From the IMG/VR virus record IMGVR_UViG_3300049794_000047: a DNA stretch of 64,000 bases; one strand, given 5' to 3'. This document shows, in pieces, positions 40,918 to 52,693 of the stretch. Position 1 is the stretch's first letter. Each line of letters begins with the position of its first letter. The DNA comes from a virus. Its lineage: Duplodnaviria; Caudoviricetes. The position numbers and the translations under genes were made by a program. The notes below the pieces were generated by a model. That model was not told where the DNA came from. It searched no databases and saw nothing but the letters and a program-made list of their open reading frames with translations.

Positions 40918-43371
40918 AGGAAATGATCAAAAGGCGAATGGCCCCCGAAGAATGTCAACGTCTCTACGGCACAGACGTGCACCCCCATGCCGACAAATGG
41001 CGTTGTGCGCGCTGTGATCACATCTATGATCCCCCTGCCAAGCTCAAACGCAACCACCTCGCGAAGTGCCCCCGTTGTAGCGAAACTGAAGACGTGTTCC
41101 CAGCGGACGATGGAGGCTGGGAGCGTGCGAAAGAAGAGTGCGCGAAAAAAGAAGAAAGCAAAGCACTTCAGTCGCCAACAACACAACTTCGAGACGAAGT
41201 ACGAAGCCCTGCGATGCAAAACACGCGGTCGGGTCTTCAACAAGATCCACAGAGCAAGGAAAACCGAGTCGCACTTATCCGGCTATCCCCCGGAAATGCA
41301 AGGACCCTCTTGGATCTTGTGATCGAGCGTCTTTGCGAACTCAATAAGAACTGGAGTCGCAAGGTCAACGCAGAACGCAAACGACTCAAGACTCTACGCG
41401 GAGAGCTTGAAGATGCACTCATCAAGTGCCTATATGGCGACGATGTCTGAGGACAACCAGATAGGCAGGCGTCGAACTATGTCACCTGACACTACCACTA
41501 ATCCCATCCTAGCGAGCCTTGCCTGGTGCCCCGACGACTGCGACCTCGACGAGGACCGCAAATATGTCGGTGCCGCCCCGGGCGACGTAGCCGCTCAGCA
41601 CGCTGAATGGATGCACAGACAGGGCGACCCGCAAGAGAAGTACAACAGCCGCGTGCGCGCGTCCCATGAGGGTATTGTCCACGACTGGGACGTGTGCGTT
41701 TACGTTGAAATTGGGGTGTCGTTTCACGCATCGAGGCATGCTTATCCGGATAGCACCCAGAGCAAGAGTCGGTCCTCTGGTGAACCATTTGGAATTCCTC
41801 GGGATCGACGATCGGCAAAATCCGCACAGGGGCGACAACCGGATAAGCACGCATCGAGGGTCTTCCCTGTGAAGCCGAGCGTATCCACCGGGACAGTGCA
41901 ATCCGAGAGGATAACGGGGGTGAGTGCCGACACCGTTCACTATTCGCACGAGGCCTACCAGCCCGACGTGCATCTGCGCTGCGGGCGCTGGACGACGCCC
42001 TCATGGCGACCGCGCGCTGGGCTGCCCGATCTCGTCTACCAGACGGATGAGGGTGACCTATACACGTTCGAGCGCGTTGAGCTTGTGACGTGCGAGGAGT
42101 GCCGGAGCGCCATGGCGGTGACGGCTGCCGAGCCGGGAGCCCAGCTATGAGGCGCGGCGCTCGCATCTCAGACGAGGGCTCGCCCATGACCCGTCGCTCC
42201 AAGTACGAGCCCGGGGATCGCGTGATCGCCCTTCGCTGGCCGCGCGGAGGCGCGGGCGTCATCGTCAAGTTTGCACCCGTTCGCTCTCTGGTCCGCTGGG
42301 ATGGCCTCAAAGAGGACAAGCGCACGAGTACCGCTGATATCCGGCCCGAGACTGAAGAGGACGTCGCGCGGCAGGGCCACGAGCAATCGATGCGCGCTTG
42401 GCAGGCCCGGCAGCCAAAGACTTCACACATCTCGATCAGCAGCCCAGCGCTGTGGGGAAGCACGTTGTCGGACGGCGCGCAACTCTACAGCGTACTGCGC
42501 TCGCCAGAGACGATGCGTGAGGCAGCCGCCGAGTTACTTCAACTCGCAGACTGGTTCGCGGAGAGGCCGGTGAAGCTGTGAGCCGCAGAGTACCGTGACC
42601 ACTCGACTTTCACATCGGCCTTGCGGGCTGGCAATGCACAGAGGCGGGAGGGACGATCTTGACCGAGTCGCCCACCAACCGCCTCCTCACGATCAAAGCG
42701 CTGCGGCTCATCCTATGCGGCCGGATCGCGGAACACGACGACCCCCACGGGGATGAAGAACGATGACCAACGAAGCTTTTCAGAAGGCCGTGACCGCGAC
42801 GTACCGCATCGACAGCACGGGTGGAAACATGGCCCGCCGGATGTCGTCGATCCCAGCAGCGAAAGAGCGCTATCTCGAGGCTGTCCGCTTCTGACTCGGT
42901 GAAGGAGAGCCGATACCAGAGGTCGAATTCCGCGTGACGACCGAGAATCCCGATGGAATGGACAGAAAGTCCGACCCCCACATCGAGTGCGTTGAGAGTG
43001 GTGCCATCAAGGCCTGTATCTGGCGCGAGACGCCGTGTTGGCCTGAGATATCGACGCTAATCCGACCGCACAAGTGTGCCGAGTTGGCGATGCTGGCGGT
43101 TGCCAGTAGCGTTGAGTTATCGTGTCGCCACGCTCGGCTGATCTGTAGCGATGTTGATATCGACAACTCGTGGCCGCGGCCTGGTGTTACGTGTGCTGAC
43201 TGCGGCCAGAAGTGGTCGCCGGCACCGCTGGTCGATTCCGATCCAGCAGACCGCGAGCTCCTCGCCAGCGTGGTGCTCGGTACTTGATGAAGCGAAGCGC
43301 AGGGATGCTGCCGGGACGCGCGGAACCGTGCCCATGACCCGCCACAAGGTCCACCTCGCTACCGCGGCGGG

Positions 43372-43850
43372 CCGTGTCACACCCGTCGGTACAGCAATGG
43401 TGCGCCGTGCAACGACAGCAGGGAAACATGACCATGACCAACGACATCCACGAAACCGTATCCGACTACATCGCGCTGGACTGGTACGACGGGCCACTTC
43501 TCGAGATCGCGCGCGTGGACTTCGCGGATGGCGACCGCATGGTGCAGGTATGCTCGCTGTGCCACGAGATCGAGCAGCCACCAAGCGAGCGGCTCCGCGG
43601 GACAATCAGCGGCGAGGAACCGTGGACGCGAACCGTCCTCCGGCTGACACGAGATGACCTGCAGGCAATGCTCGACTTGCTGGACGGCAAGCCGGTGAAA
43701 GGGGTCCACGATCGATGACGACCGCGCAGCCCCTCACCTGCCGCAACTGCGGCGATCTGTTCATCGCATCTGAGCGACCCTGCCCGCATCCGTCACCCGG
43801 TCCTGAGTACAAAGAGACCGGACGCGGCGGACACATGTTCTACCCCCCGC
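43372..43850 (+). repeat. Second copy of the duplicated segment
   Basis: See 28620-29100. Confidence 0.85.
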
Positions 43851-43970
43851 CACCATCGCTGCCGCGCGAACCTGTGACCAAGGAGCGGCTACAGGAGATC
43901 GAAGCGCTTGCGCTCGACGCGCTCAACGCAAGAACAGGCCAGCGGGGAAGCTGCTGCCGAAAGGACGCCG

Positions 43971-44771
43971 ATGACAGCTTACGACCCCACCGCGATTGAA
44001 CGGCTGATCGCCGAGGCACGCGAGGACGTCGCACGAATGCTCGGTGGCAGGTGGTCCACGGTCGGCAGCGGCTCGATCCTGGAGATCGAATCCTCGGAAT
44101 TGCACCCCGATGGTGACAACATCGGCGTCGCCGAGGATCTGCGCTCCGAGGACGCGCTTGGCATCGCCCGCACCCGCAACAACCTTGCGGCCATGGCCGA
44201 CCAACTCGAGGCCGCGCACGCGGAGGTCACGCATCTGAAACGACGCGATCTGTTTCGTCGCGACTGCGAGTGGTTCATCGCCACGGATCCGCAACCGTGG
44301 CGCTTCGGTCAGCTGGACTTTCCAAGGTGCGCGAATCGCGCGAATTGCGTCGGGGAGACGCTGCCGCGGCGCTCCCAGTACATCCTGTGTCGTGAACATG
44401 CTGAGCAATGGGACGGCGACCTCGTGGCGATGTCGGGTGAGCCCGTGGCAATTCCGAAGCAGGTGCACGACGCTGCCGCTGCTGCCGCTGCCGCTGCCGC
44501 TGCCGCTGCTGCCGCTGCCGCTGCCGCCGCTGCTGCCGCTGCCGCCGCCGCTACCGCCGCCGCCGCTCGCGACGCAACGGAGCTCCGCATCGCGGCTAAA
44601 CTCGGGCTATCGCCAACCGCGACACAGGGCGAGATCGCGGAGGCTGTGGAAGCGGTGGTGGCGGAACGGAATGCCGCGCAAACGTACATCTCCGAGCTAC
44701 AACACGCCGCCAAGACGGTGATTGACAACTCGCTCGGTTGTGTGGCCACACGCGTGTCAAAGGGCGGGTGA
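43971..44771 (+). CDS. Ead/Ea22-like protein with a poly-Ala tract
   Basis: LIAEAREDV..W..DALGIARTRNNL..MADQLE. Confidence 0.5.
   Translation: MTAYDPTAIERLIAEAREDVARMLGGRWSTVGSGSILEIESSELHPDGDNIGVAEDLRSEDALGIARTRNNLAAMADQLEAAHAEVTHLKRRDLFRRDCEWFIATDPQPWRFGQLDFPRCANRANCVGETLPRRSQYILCREHAEQWDGDLVAMSGEPVAIPKQVHDAAAAAAAAAAAAAAAAAAAAAAAAAAATAAAARDATELRIAAKLGLSPTATQGEIAEAVEAVVAERNAAQTYISELQHAAKTVIDNSLGCVATRVSKGG
44472..44567 (+). repeat. GCT/GCC trinucleotide tract (31 Ala + 1 Thr)
   Basis: Directly visible. Confidence 0.95.
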
Positions 44772-44853
44772 CCGGCTACCCGTATCGGGTGTCGACCTAC
44801 CCAGGAACGAAAAATGTCCCCTTGCACCACCGTGCCGGTGGCGTGCAAGATGC
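44766..44853 (+). promoter_or_regulatory. Sigma54 promoter module (short form)
   Basis: GGGT-N8-ACCC at 44766 and 44787, 37-nt gap, GGCGTGCAAGATGC, ATG at 44868. Confidence 0.8.
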
Positions 44854-45156
44854 ATTCATCAGCCGTGATGAAGATCAACGTGCACGTCCGATGGGAAGTC
44901 TGGATTGGGGAGTGGAAATACCTCATGGAGAGCCTCATGGAGAGCCCTCGCGACGCAAATAGCCTCAATGAGCTCCCGCAACTCCGCTGGCGCTTCAATG
45001 CCTGCTTTGACGAGCGCAGCAAGGCAGAGTCCGAGAGCCACTGGTATCGAAAGCAGGGCTACTCAAATGTCGACATTCGCTGTCGGACCACGCAGTACCA
45101 GGCGCGACGTCACGTCACGTCACCACGGGCTAGCATGACCTATCAAGGCACGTCCT

Positions 45157-45288
45157 GGGTACCCTGGCACCCGTGTCTCAAGAGAAACACACGGACGTAC
45201 GATCCGTGGACGGCCAGAGACGGGTGGTGGCTTACCCAGGGACGAAAGACGGCCCCTTACATCACTGAGCCTGTGGCGTGAAAGATGC
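45157..45288 (+). promoter_or_regulatory. Sigma54 promoter module
   Basis: Sites at 45157 and 45222, CTTAC, 37-nt gap, GGCGTGAAAGATGC, ATG at 45303. Confidence 0.8.
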
Positions 45289-45499
45289 ACTGTTTGTCAG
45301 ACATGCTAAGGATCAACTGGACCGGGGGAGGCGCTCTCTTGCGCCTAACCTCTGGGGACCATTGCGACTGGGCCTATTGCGGTGGTGGTCCGAGCTTCCG
45401 GAACGTCAAGCGAACGCACTTCGTTGCGGCGATCGAGTCACTGCTTGGGTGGGATCATCCGGCCGCGCAGGAGGCCCGTGACTTCTGTAAGCGTGCCAA

Positions 45500-46051
45500 A
45501 TGAGTGACGTACGAAAGGTTCACACGGAGGTTGACGGCGTCATCTATCGTGGACGGCGATCTGTTCACATGTCTGGCAACAGGGTCTGGATCGATGGACA
45601 AGAGGTCGGTGTCGAGGTCGACAACAACGGCGAGGGCACGCCCTGCACGATTCGCTACCTCACGGGTGTTGAGATTCCTTCCCCGCCCGATCACGCGACC
45701 GAGGCCGAGCACATCCGTGACAACTTCGAGGGCTCTCTCGATAAGTACAAGGCGAAGGCGCGCACGTACCGCAAGAAGATCGAGGATCTCACAAGCAAGC
45801 TCTCGGATAAGGCCCGGAAGGAGATCCAAAGCGCGCTCGACGTCATCGAAGATCAGCTCGCGAATAACGTACCGTTCGTGGTGAAACAGTTCCAGGAAGC
45901 CACGTCACGAATCACCAGTGCTGCCAAGGCTGAGGTCGACGCGTTCGTCACGGGAGTGGTGCGTGCCGCAGGTCTTGAAGCGATCGCAGGGGGCAAGCTG
46001 CCGTCGCTCTTGTCAAGTGGCGAGAGCAACGATCACAACGTCAAGCCGTGA
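45500..46051 (+). CDS. Chimeric phage protein
   Basis: N-terminus shared with 18712; a relic of its 3' end lies at about 49000-49050. Confidence 0.65.
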   Translation: MSDVRKVHTEVDGVIYRGRRSVHMSGNRVWIDGQEVGVEVDNNGEGTPCTIRYLTGVEIPSPPDHATEAEHIRDNFEGSLDKYKAKARTYRKKIEDLTSKLSDKARKEIQSALDVIEDQLANNVPFVVKQFQEATSRITSAAKAEVDAFVTGVVRAAGLEAIAGGKLPSLLSSGESNDHNVKP

Positions 46052-48222
46052 ACCGCAAGCTCGCGAGCCCCGCGCGCCACACTTGCTGAAGTCAAGGAGC
46101 GCGTGAAGCAACAAACGCCTCGATGAGGTAACTTCCATGCAGAAAAAGCAGACCAATAGCCAGAGCGCAACGAGGCTCTCTCATGCACTCGCCCTCAAGG
46201 CGGCCGGTCCTATCGTGGACAACGCACTAGCGCGCTCTGCCGCGAAGCCTGAGGCGTTCGCCGATTCGTTCACCACACTCGACGCAGGCTTCTCCGTCGA
46301 GGTCAAGGACCCTTGGGGTGAGGTGACCGAGGACATTGAGGTCAAGATCGATTGCGGCGGCATGATCCACGGCGACGAAGACCTGATCGACGTCCTGATC
46401 GAGATGCTCGAAAAGGCAAAGGAAAATCTCATCGCGAGGCGCGGCCCACTAACACGCAAGCGCTTGGATGCGCTGTGAGGCGTGCGCCAAAACGCGCCGG
46501 CACTGGTGTGCACGTCAGCGCGCCTTCCCGTGCGACGATCCCGCCGTCCCGTGCGACGATCCCGCGCATCGACGACGTCACCTACAAGTTGCTCAAGGCC
46601 TCGCCGGAGGCGGTGGCGGTGCGCACTCGCGCGATCGAGTGGAAGGAGGCGGCCGACAAGGATGGCCCAGACCACTCACCGGGATGTAGCCACGAGCGTG
46701 AGGCAGCACGTGCGCATCGACGTTTCATGCAGGCTGCCTACGAATATGGTCTCGCCGTGCAACGCCGTGGCAAGGAGCACATGCACCTGTGGGCGCGTCC
46801 CGGCGAGTTGGTTGACTTCATGCCGCTGTCCCGCGAAGCGCAGGCTTGGATTCGTGAACACGGATGGGAGGGCAAGGCGATCATGGTCCAGTTCTGGTGC
46901 GAGCGACTCACGGTGCGGTCACCGCGCGATCGTCGTCGGAAACGTACGTTCGGTCCGCGCGAGGCCACCTGGGCCTCAATCGACAGCGAAACGGAAAAAG
47001 TCCGGTACGAGCGAGCGATCGGTCTGCGCCGAGACACGTGGAGCAAGGCCGAGTAGCCTGTGGTGCTGGACCGACAGCTTTTCCGAAGCCCCGACCCACG
47101 ACGTCGTGATACAGGTCTACACGGCGCTATCAGAGCAGCGCGCGTCAACCAATATCGAAAAGACAGACCGCCGGCAAGGATCGTCTGCACGAAGTTACGC
47201 TCAACAAAACAGGAAACAAACCGCATGAATGACATTGCAACGGCCGACATGACTTTGTTTGACAGCCGCCCTACTAGAGCCGAGGCATGTCCTCAATGTC
47301 GCGGGCATGGAAGCGTCAGTGTCGGATACGCGCTCCACCCGTCAAGCGACCCAATCAATGGGACCCCCAAGGGCGCCATCCATGCGTTTGTGGGTGGATC
47401 GTTCGACGTGTTCTATGCGGCCAGGGAGGCCGCGAAGCTTGCCGTGCGAGCCCGCCGACCCGTGGCCTTCCAATGCCTCGACTACGTCGTCGTCATCAAC
47501 CCAGGCAACGATCCCGATCAGGTGGCTCGTGCCTGGTGGCTCCAGCAATACGGTGAGACACCCGAGGCGACGTGGGCTCGACGATGACACGGCACCCCTG
47601 CTTAACGGTGCACGACGTCGATCGCAACGCTGGACAGCCGCGTGCTGTCGGAGGGGGGCCGTGCGCGATGACTGCGAGCTACTTCGCGCTGGACAACCGG
47701 GCACACCGCGGTCATCTGTGCTGGCATTGCTGGAGAGAGTTGCCGCCCCCAGAGCGAGATCTATACAGCGGACGTGCGTAGCCTCGGACAACCGTGTGAT
47801 GAAAAGCAAAACGGTAACTTCAAGTAAGACCTCGGCCAGGAAACTCCAGCAACACCGCCGTGTCCTGAGCCGCTCGATGGCTGCCAAGATCATCCTCGAT
47901 CTGGAGCCGCAGTATGCAGACACGGTCACCGCGCGGACCCTGCGAGCTGCCCGTGTGCTGACGACGAACTTCGCCGTCAAGCGCGATATCTGCGACGCGC
48001 TCAGTACAGTGATCGTGGCTGAGCAAACGGGTCACTGGGGGTCGCCCAATGACCAGGCTCCAAAGTGTGTGTGGCAGGCCTGCATCGCCATCTGGAGGCT
48101 GCAGCGGGACCTCACGACAGACCCTCCTGATTCAAGGGTGGCCAAGGCGCCACGCTACTCTACCCCGAAGGCCAGCCCCCACTGATCCATCTCTCCAGCA
48201 CGATCCGCGCCCGTGCAGAGAC

Positions 48223-48290
48223 GGGTGCCGACCTACCCAGGAAAGTCCCCAGAGCACTTACGCGAAGGGCACAATCGGCACACACATTGC
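48223..48290 (+). promoter_or_regulatory. Sigma54 promoter module (proximal site only)
   Basis: GGGT-N8-ACCC, CTTAC, 38-nt gap, GGCACACACATTGC, ATG at 48305. Confidence 0.8.
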
Positions 48291-49535
48291 TTTTACCTCG
48301 GAGCATGAAGGAACCTGTCATGATGAATATTCCGCCGCGCATCGGCCAGCGCGTCGGCTTCACGCGCCACGATCATCCAAATGTACCCCCAGGCCGCGGC
48401 GGTATGATTGACCAGGTTGGATCGGACAATCAGTTCGTGGTCATGATCGACGGTGGTGGATTCTTTGGCTGGACCGCATTCGACAGCTGGGAGTTCACTG
48501 GTGAGCCTGATGTGGTTCTCAATCCCGAATACGTCGTCATGCGGACGCAGGCGCTGTGCGACGACAGTACGATTAAGCCGATCGGGCGGAAGCCAGGATG
48601 AGCCCTGCAGAAGACCGCCTGCTCAGCTTCGTGGCCACGCGCCTCGAAAGCATGCTGCGCCGGCCTGCCATCTGGGGCTCGCTATTCTCCGTGGAAGAAC
48701 GGATCCTGCAACTCTTGGAGTTGCGGCGAGTGCTCCTGGCCCCTTCATTTTCAGCGGACGATACGCACCAGCTCCTGCGGTCGTACTCGCGGTTCATCTC
48801 CGAAACCCTGGAGGATGCCACCGTGGAACCCCTCGCCACGCAACTCGAACAGCGAGGGCGGGCAGCCGAATTTCCCGCGCTCATGAAGAAGTTCATCGAG
48901 CGCGAGCGCGCAGAGTTCCTTGCCGACGCGGTGACCTTGCCGACGCGGTGACCAAAAACCAACCAATGCCCCAGGAACAAAGAAAAGGTTCGTGAGCGCC
49001 GCAGGTCTCGAAGCCACTCATAGCGGGCAAGCTGCCGTCACTGTTGTCGAACGCCCCGTGCACTGTTCAAAATTCCAACCGTAGCCCCAAGGAGAAACAG
49101 CCTTTATGAGTATAGACTGGAGCGCCTACGCCGTCATCGGCTGCGAGGTCACCGGAAAGCTGATCCAGAAGATCCGCAGCCCTGGTTGCAAGCATAACAA
49201 ACCCAGCGGCTCGCCCTTCTGTGCACAGTGCGGCCTGCCCTCGAGCGTGATCGAGGAAATTCCAATCGCGGGATACGATCGGGACGCAGCCAAGATCGGC
49301 ACTTTCTCCGTCGTTGGCACGTCTGACGATCGCCGTCAGTTCGTAGGCTTCATGGTTGGTGCTGGTGATTTTGACCAGGCCCGCATGCGTCCTCTCCCCG
49401 ACTTCACCGAGATCAAGACCGCCCTGTGCGCTGTCCTTGAACCGCTGGGGCTCTGGACCGAAGAGTCCTTCGGCCTGTGGTCTATCCTCTGCTGCTTATG
49501 TTAAGGACACCCAGTGATCATCGACGCTCAAGCCC

Positions 49536-49667
49536 GAGTGATCTGATACCCCGTGTCCCGAGCACCACGTTCCCAGCTTGACCTGCGCCCGTGCGGAGAC
49601 GGGTGACACCCTACCCAGGAGCGACCCTCAAGCACTTACATGAATGCGCGCCCGGCACACGAGTTGC
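49536..49667 (+). promoter_or_regulatory. Sigma54 promoter module
   Basis: Sites at 49536 (GAGT) and 49601, CTTAC, 37-nt gap, GGCACACGAGTTGC, ATG at 49682. Confidence 0.8.
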
Positions 49668-49681
49668 TTTAGCCTAGGAAC

Positions 49682-50287
49682 ATGAAGGAACCTGTTGTGC
49701 TGACGACCTGTACCGAGACCTCGCTCGTGCTCGTCATGTTCAAGTTCTCGTCCGATGACGACCAGTTCCGCGCGCGCCTGTTCGACGCAATCCTCAGCGA
49801 CAGGTGCCCGGACTTCGAGTGCTCTCTGGGCAGCCCGAGCGGGACTGGGCACAGCTGCACCGCCCTGTGGCGACCGGAGCACGCGGACGCGGTCCGCGCC
49901 TGGGCGCGATCCATCGGCATCCACGTCACCAGCGACGCCCCCAGCGACAGCACCCCCGGCGTTCCCCATTTCCAGGGAGGACCCCGCAACGTCTCTGCCG
50001 GCGCTACCCGTATCCAGGGAGGACCCCGCGACGTCACCGCCGACGCTACCCGTATCCAGGGAAGACCCCGCGACGTCTCCGTCGGCGCTCCCCGTATCCA
50101 GGGAGGACCCAGCAATGTCACCGCCGACGCTACCCGTATCCAGGGAGAACCCCACGGTCGTGAGGGGGTCGCAACCCACATCAAACTGCCCGACATCGGC
50201 GACATCGCACCCGGAGGCGTGGTCGCCCCGTGTATCGCCGACGTCGAGCGCATGCTCGTCGACCGGCGCGCGAAGGGGACACTGTAG
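49682..50287 (+). CDS. Hypothetical protein with 14-aa tandem repeats
   Basis: IQGGPRDVTADATR-like units. Confidence 0.55.
   Translation: MKEPVVLTTCTETSLVLVMFKFSSDDDQFRARLFDAILSDRCPDFECSLGSPSGTGHSCTALWRPEHADAVRAWARSIGIHVTSDAPSDSTPGVPHFQGGPRNVSAGATRIQGGPRDVTADATRIQGRPRDVSVGAPRIQGGPSNVTADATRIQGEPHGREGVATHIKLPDIGDIAPGGVVAPCIADVERMLVDRRAKGTL
49958..50155 (+). repeat. 42-bp tandem repeat, about 4.5 copies
   Basis: CCAGGGA recurs at 49972, 50014, 50056, 50098 and 50140. Confidence 0.9.
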
Positions 50288-50289
50288 CC

Positions 50290-51075
50290 ATGATCACCGC
50301 ATTCAAAGTATTTACCCACGACCTTCGCCTCCCCGTTCAGGGCGGCGGGGCGCCTATCTGGTCGGGCACACTACCCTATGTGCTGCCCCGTGACGAGGCT
50401 GGGTGGCTTGCATGCGGAACGCCCCAGGACGCGCTATGCTTCTCGGGACTCTGGCCCAACGGTCGGCCTTCGCGACTGTTCGTCGTCGAGACCAGCGCGC
50501 CGATCATCAAGCACGACGACAGGTTGCGCGCAGATACGTGGACGCTCATTGATGAAATGGTGGTCGACGACACGGTCCGCGCGCTGTCCCGGAAATGGCT
50601 CGGCGTACACGCGGACGTCATGGCACGCGAGCAATTGGCGTGGCACGCTGCGCTACTGCGGCCGACCCGCAACGTCACGGCCGTCGAGCAGGGCCTCAGA
50701 CAGGCACTCGAGACACGCGGGCTGCCCTGGCAGTTGAAGCTCTTCAATACCACCAGGGACGCTTGGAACGCCAGGACCGGCTGGAACACCTGGGCCGCCT
50801 GGAACGCCTCGGCCGCCAAAATTACCTGGGCCACCAGGACCACCAGGGCCACCAGGGACGCCTGGGGCGCCTGGGACGCCTGGCACGTCACGGCCGCCTG
50901 GGACGCCTCGGCCGCCTGGGACGCACTGATCCACTACTACGCGGCGACGATGAGCTGGGTACCAGGACCCACGGACCTGTTCACCGTTGGGCTTCGTGAG
51001 GCCTACACCGCGGGCCTCGCCGTCGCGTTGCCCACGAGACCGAATGAGCTCGGTTGGGCGATGGAGGGCGTGTAG
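50290..51075 (+). CDS. Phage hypothetical protein with AWDA 9-bp repeats
   Basis: Low-complexity Ala/Trp region at about 50750-50925. Confidence 0.6.
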   Translation: MITAFKVFTHDLRLPVQGGGAPIWSGTLPYVLPRDEAGWLACGTPQDALCFSGLWPNGRPSRLFVVETSAPIIKHDDRLRADTWTLIDEMVVDDTVRALSRKWLGVHADVMAREQLAWHAALLRPTRNVTAVEQGLRQALETRGLPWQLKLFNTTRDAWNARTGWNTWAAWNASAAKITWATRTTRATRDAWGAWDAWHVTAAWDASAAWDALIHYYAATMSWVPGPTDLFTVGLREAYTAGLAVALPTRPNELGWAMEGV

Positions 51076-51505
51076 TGCGCCCGCCCTACCGAATCACCGA
51101 AGTCGTGTCCGGCACGTCGCGGCACGCGAACTGGCGAGACATCCTCACCAAGCACGGCACGCGCTTCATCGACGAGGCGCTCCGCGACAATCCCGACGGC
51201 CCGGTCGCGATGGTCACGACCCGGTACGCGACCGAGATCGACTACCGGGTCATCGTCGGCGAGCTGACCGATGGTGACCACGGTAAGGCGCGTGTCATCT
51301 GGGATCGCTCGGTCTCGTTCGGCGCGACAGATGCACGCGTGGCCGGAGGCTCGGACTTCGTTGCCGCGGCACGGGCGCAGGATGAGGTGGCGTTTGCGGC
51401 ACATGCACTGTTGAATGCTGTGGAGGTCGATGGTGAGTTACCCGAGGCACCACGCGAACTACAGGCGCTGGCCGACTGGTTCGAGGGCGCACGCCAGGAA
51501 AAGCC

Positions 51506-52033
51506 ATGACCACCCGACCGATCACAAGTGCTCCACTGGAGAAGATTATGGTCAGCACCGAGGTTCCTCTCACGTTTCGCATCTTCAAAGACAACCAACT
51601 ACTCCGCGAGGAGCGGTTATCGCTGCGTGTGATCAAGCTCGGCAAGGTCGCCTCGGCACACCTCAAGTTCGACGACGAGGCCGTGAACCGAATGCACGCG
51701 TTCATCGAGGTCAACGGTCCTGGTGACATTACCATCATCGACCTCGGCTCGACCAAGGGCACGTTCGTCAACGGCCAGAAGGTCATCAAGGCCAAACTGC
51801 GGTCGGGCGACATGATCAGGATCGGCGAGACCTGGATCGAGCTCGTGATCGACACCGGCGAGGAATTGTCGAGAGAAGCCGCAACCATTGCTGGATTCCC
51901 CGACCTCCATGTCACCGACGGAGCAATCGGCATCCGCACGAGTCAGATCGCCAAGCCCGTCCACCTCCGCACGCTCACGGTCAGTGGGAAGGGCAACGTG
52001 GGCATCGACCTCGACGACGGAGACGCCAAGTGA
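51506..52033 (+). CDS. FHA-domain protein (resembles the N-terminus of myxobacterial GltG-type proteins)
   Basis: IKLGK..HL..DD..V.RMHA.IEV...IIDLGSTKGTFVNGQK...L.SGD.I.IG. Confidence 0.85.
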   Translation: MTTRPITSAPLEKIMVSTEVPLTFRIFKDNQLLREERLSLRVIKLGKVASAHLKFDDEAVNRMHAFIEVNGPGDITIIDLGSTKGTFVNGQKVIKAKLRSGDMIRIGETWIELVIDTGEELSREAATIAGFPDLHVTDGAIGIRTSQIAKPVHLRTLTVSGKGNVGIDLDDGDAK

Positions 52034-52131
52034 ACAAGCGCGGAGCAGCCTGCGGCTGCGGCTGCGGCTGCGGCTGCGGCTGCGGCTGCGGCTGCGGCTG
52101 GGAGGCCATTCCCACGGCGAGGTCGTCGTGA
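52030..52131 (+). CDS. 33-aa peptide with (Cys-Gly)8 encoded by a TGCGGC x8 repeat
   Basis: GTGA overlap at both ends. Confidence 0.45.
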   Translation: MNKRGAACGCGCGCGCGCGCGCGWEAIPTARSS

Positions 52132-52693
52132 TCGCCACAGGCCAAATCTGCCGCGACCTTGCGCGCAAGACGTACAAGATCGCCATCGTACTCGGACCCT
52201 CGCGCAAGGGAGACAAACTCCGCGTCTGCCGTTGGCAGCCGTCGTTGGGCGAGTCAGCTGATGGTCGCTGGAGCGCGCCCCTCGCGCTATTCGAGCACCT
52301 GCTCGAGCCGCTTCCACCGGACTTCGACCTGACCTCACGCCGTGGACTTGTCGTCGCTGCAGCGAAGCGGTCGATCGTCAACGGCCTCGTGCGCTGGCAA
52401 GTAGGTTCACGCTTCAGCGGCGCCAAGCTGACCGAGGTGCACGACGTCGGGACGGTGCGCCCGTGACGACTTACCAGGCCAACGGTAACGCTCCCAAGGT
52501 GATCACCGCCGTAACGATCACGAACGAACAGATCCACTGCGTTCGCAAGACCATGCTGGGCGTGCCGCGAAAACCTCGTTTCACCGCGCGATTCTCAAGA
52601 ACTGCGGTCCAGAGCAACGGGCGTGGCCGCCCCCCCCCCCGACCATCGCTGCAACAACGCCCTGATCCTCTTCACCTCGAGTCAAACCTCACC

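Noticed and set aside
28620-43850. Duplicated segments as DGR template/variable repeats
   Set aside because: Differences are not adenine-specific and there is no reverse transcriptase in the window.
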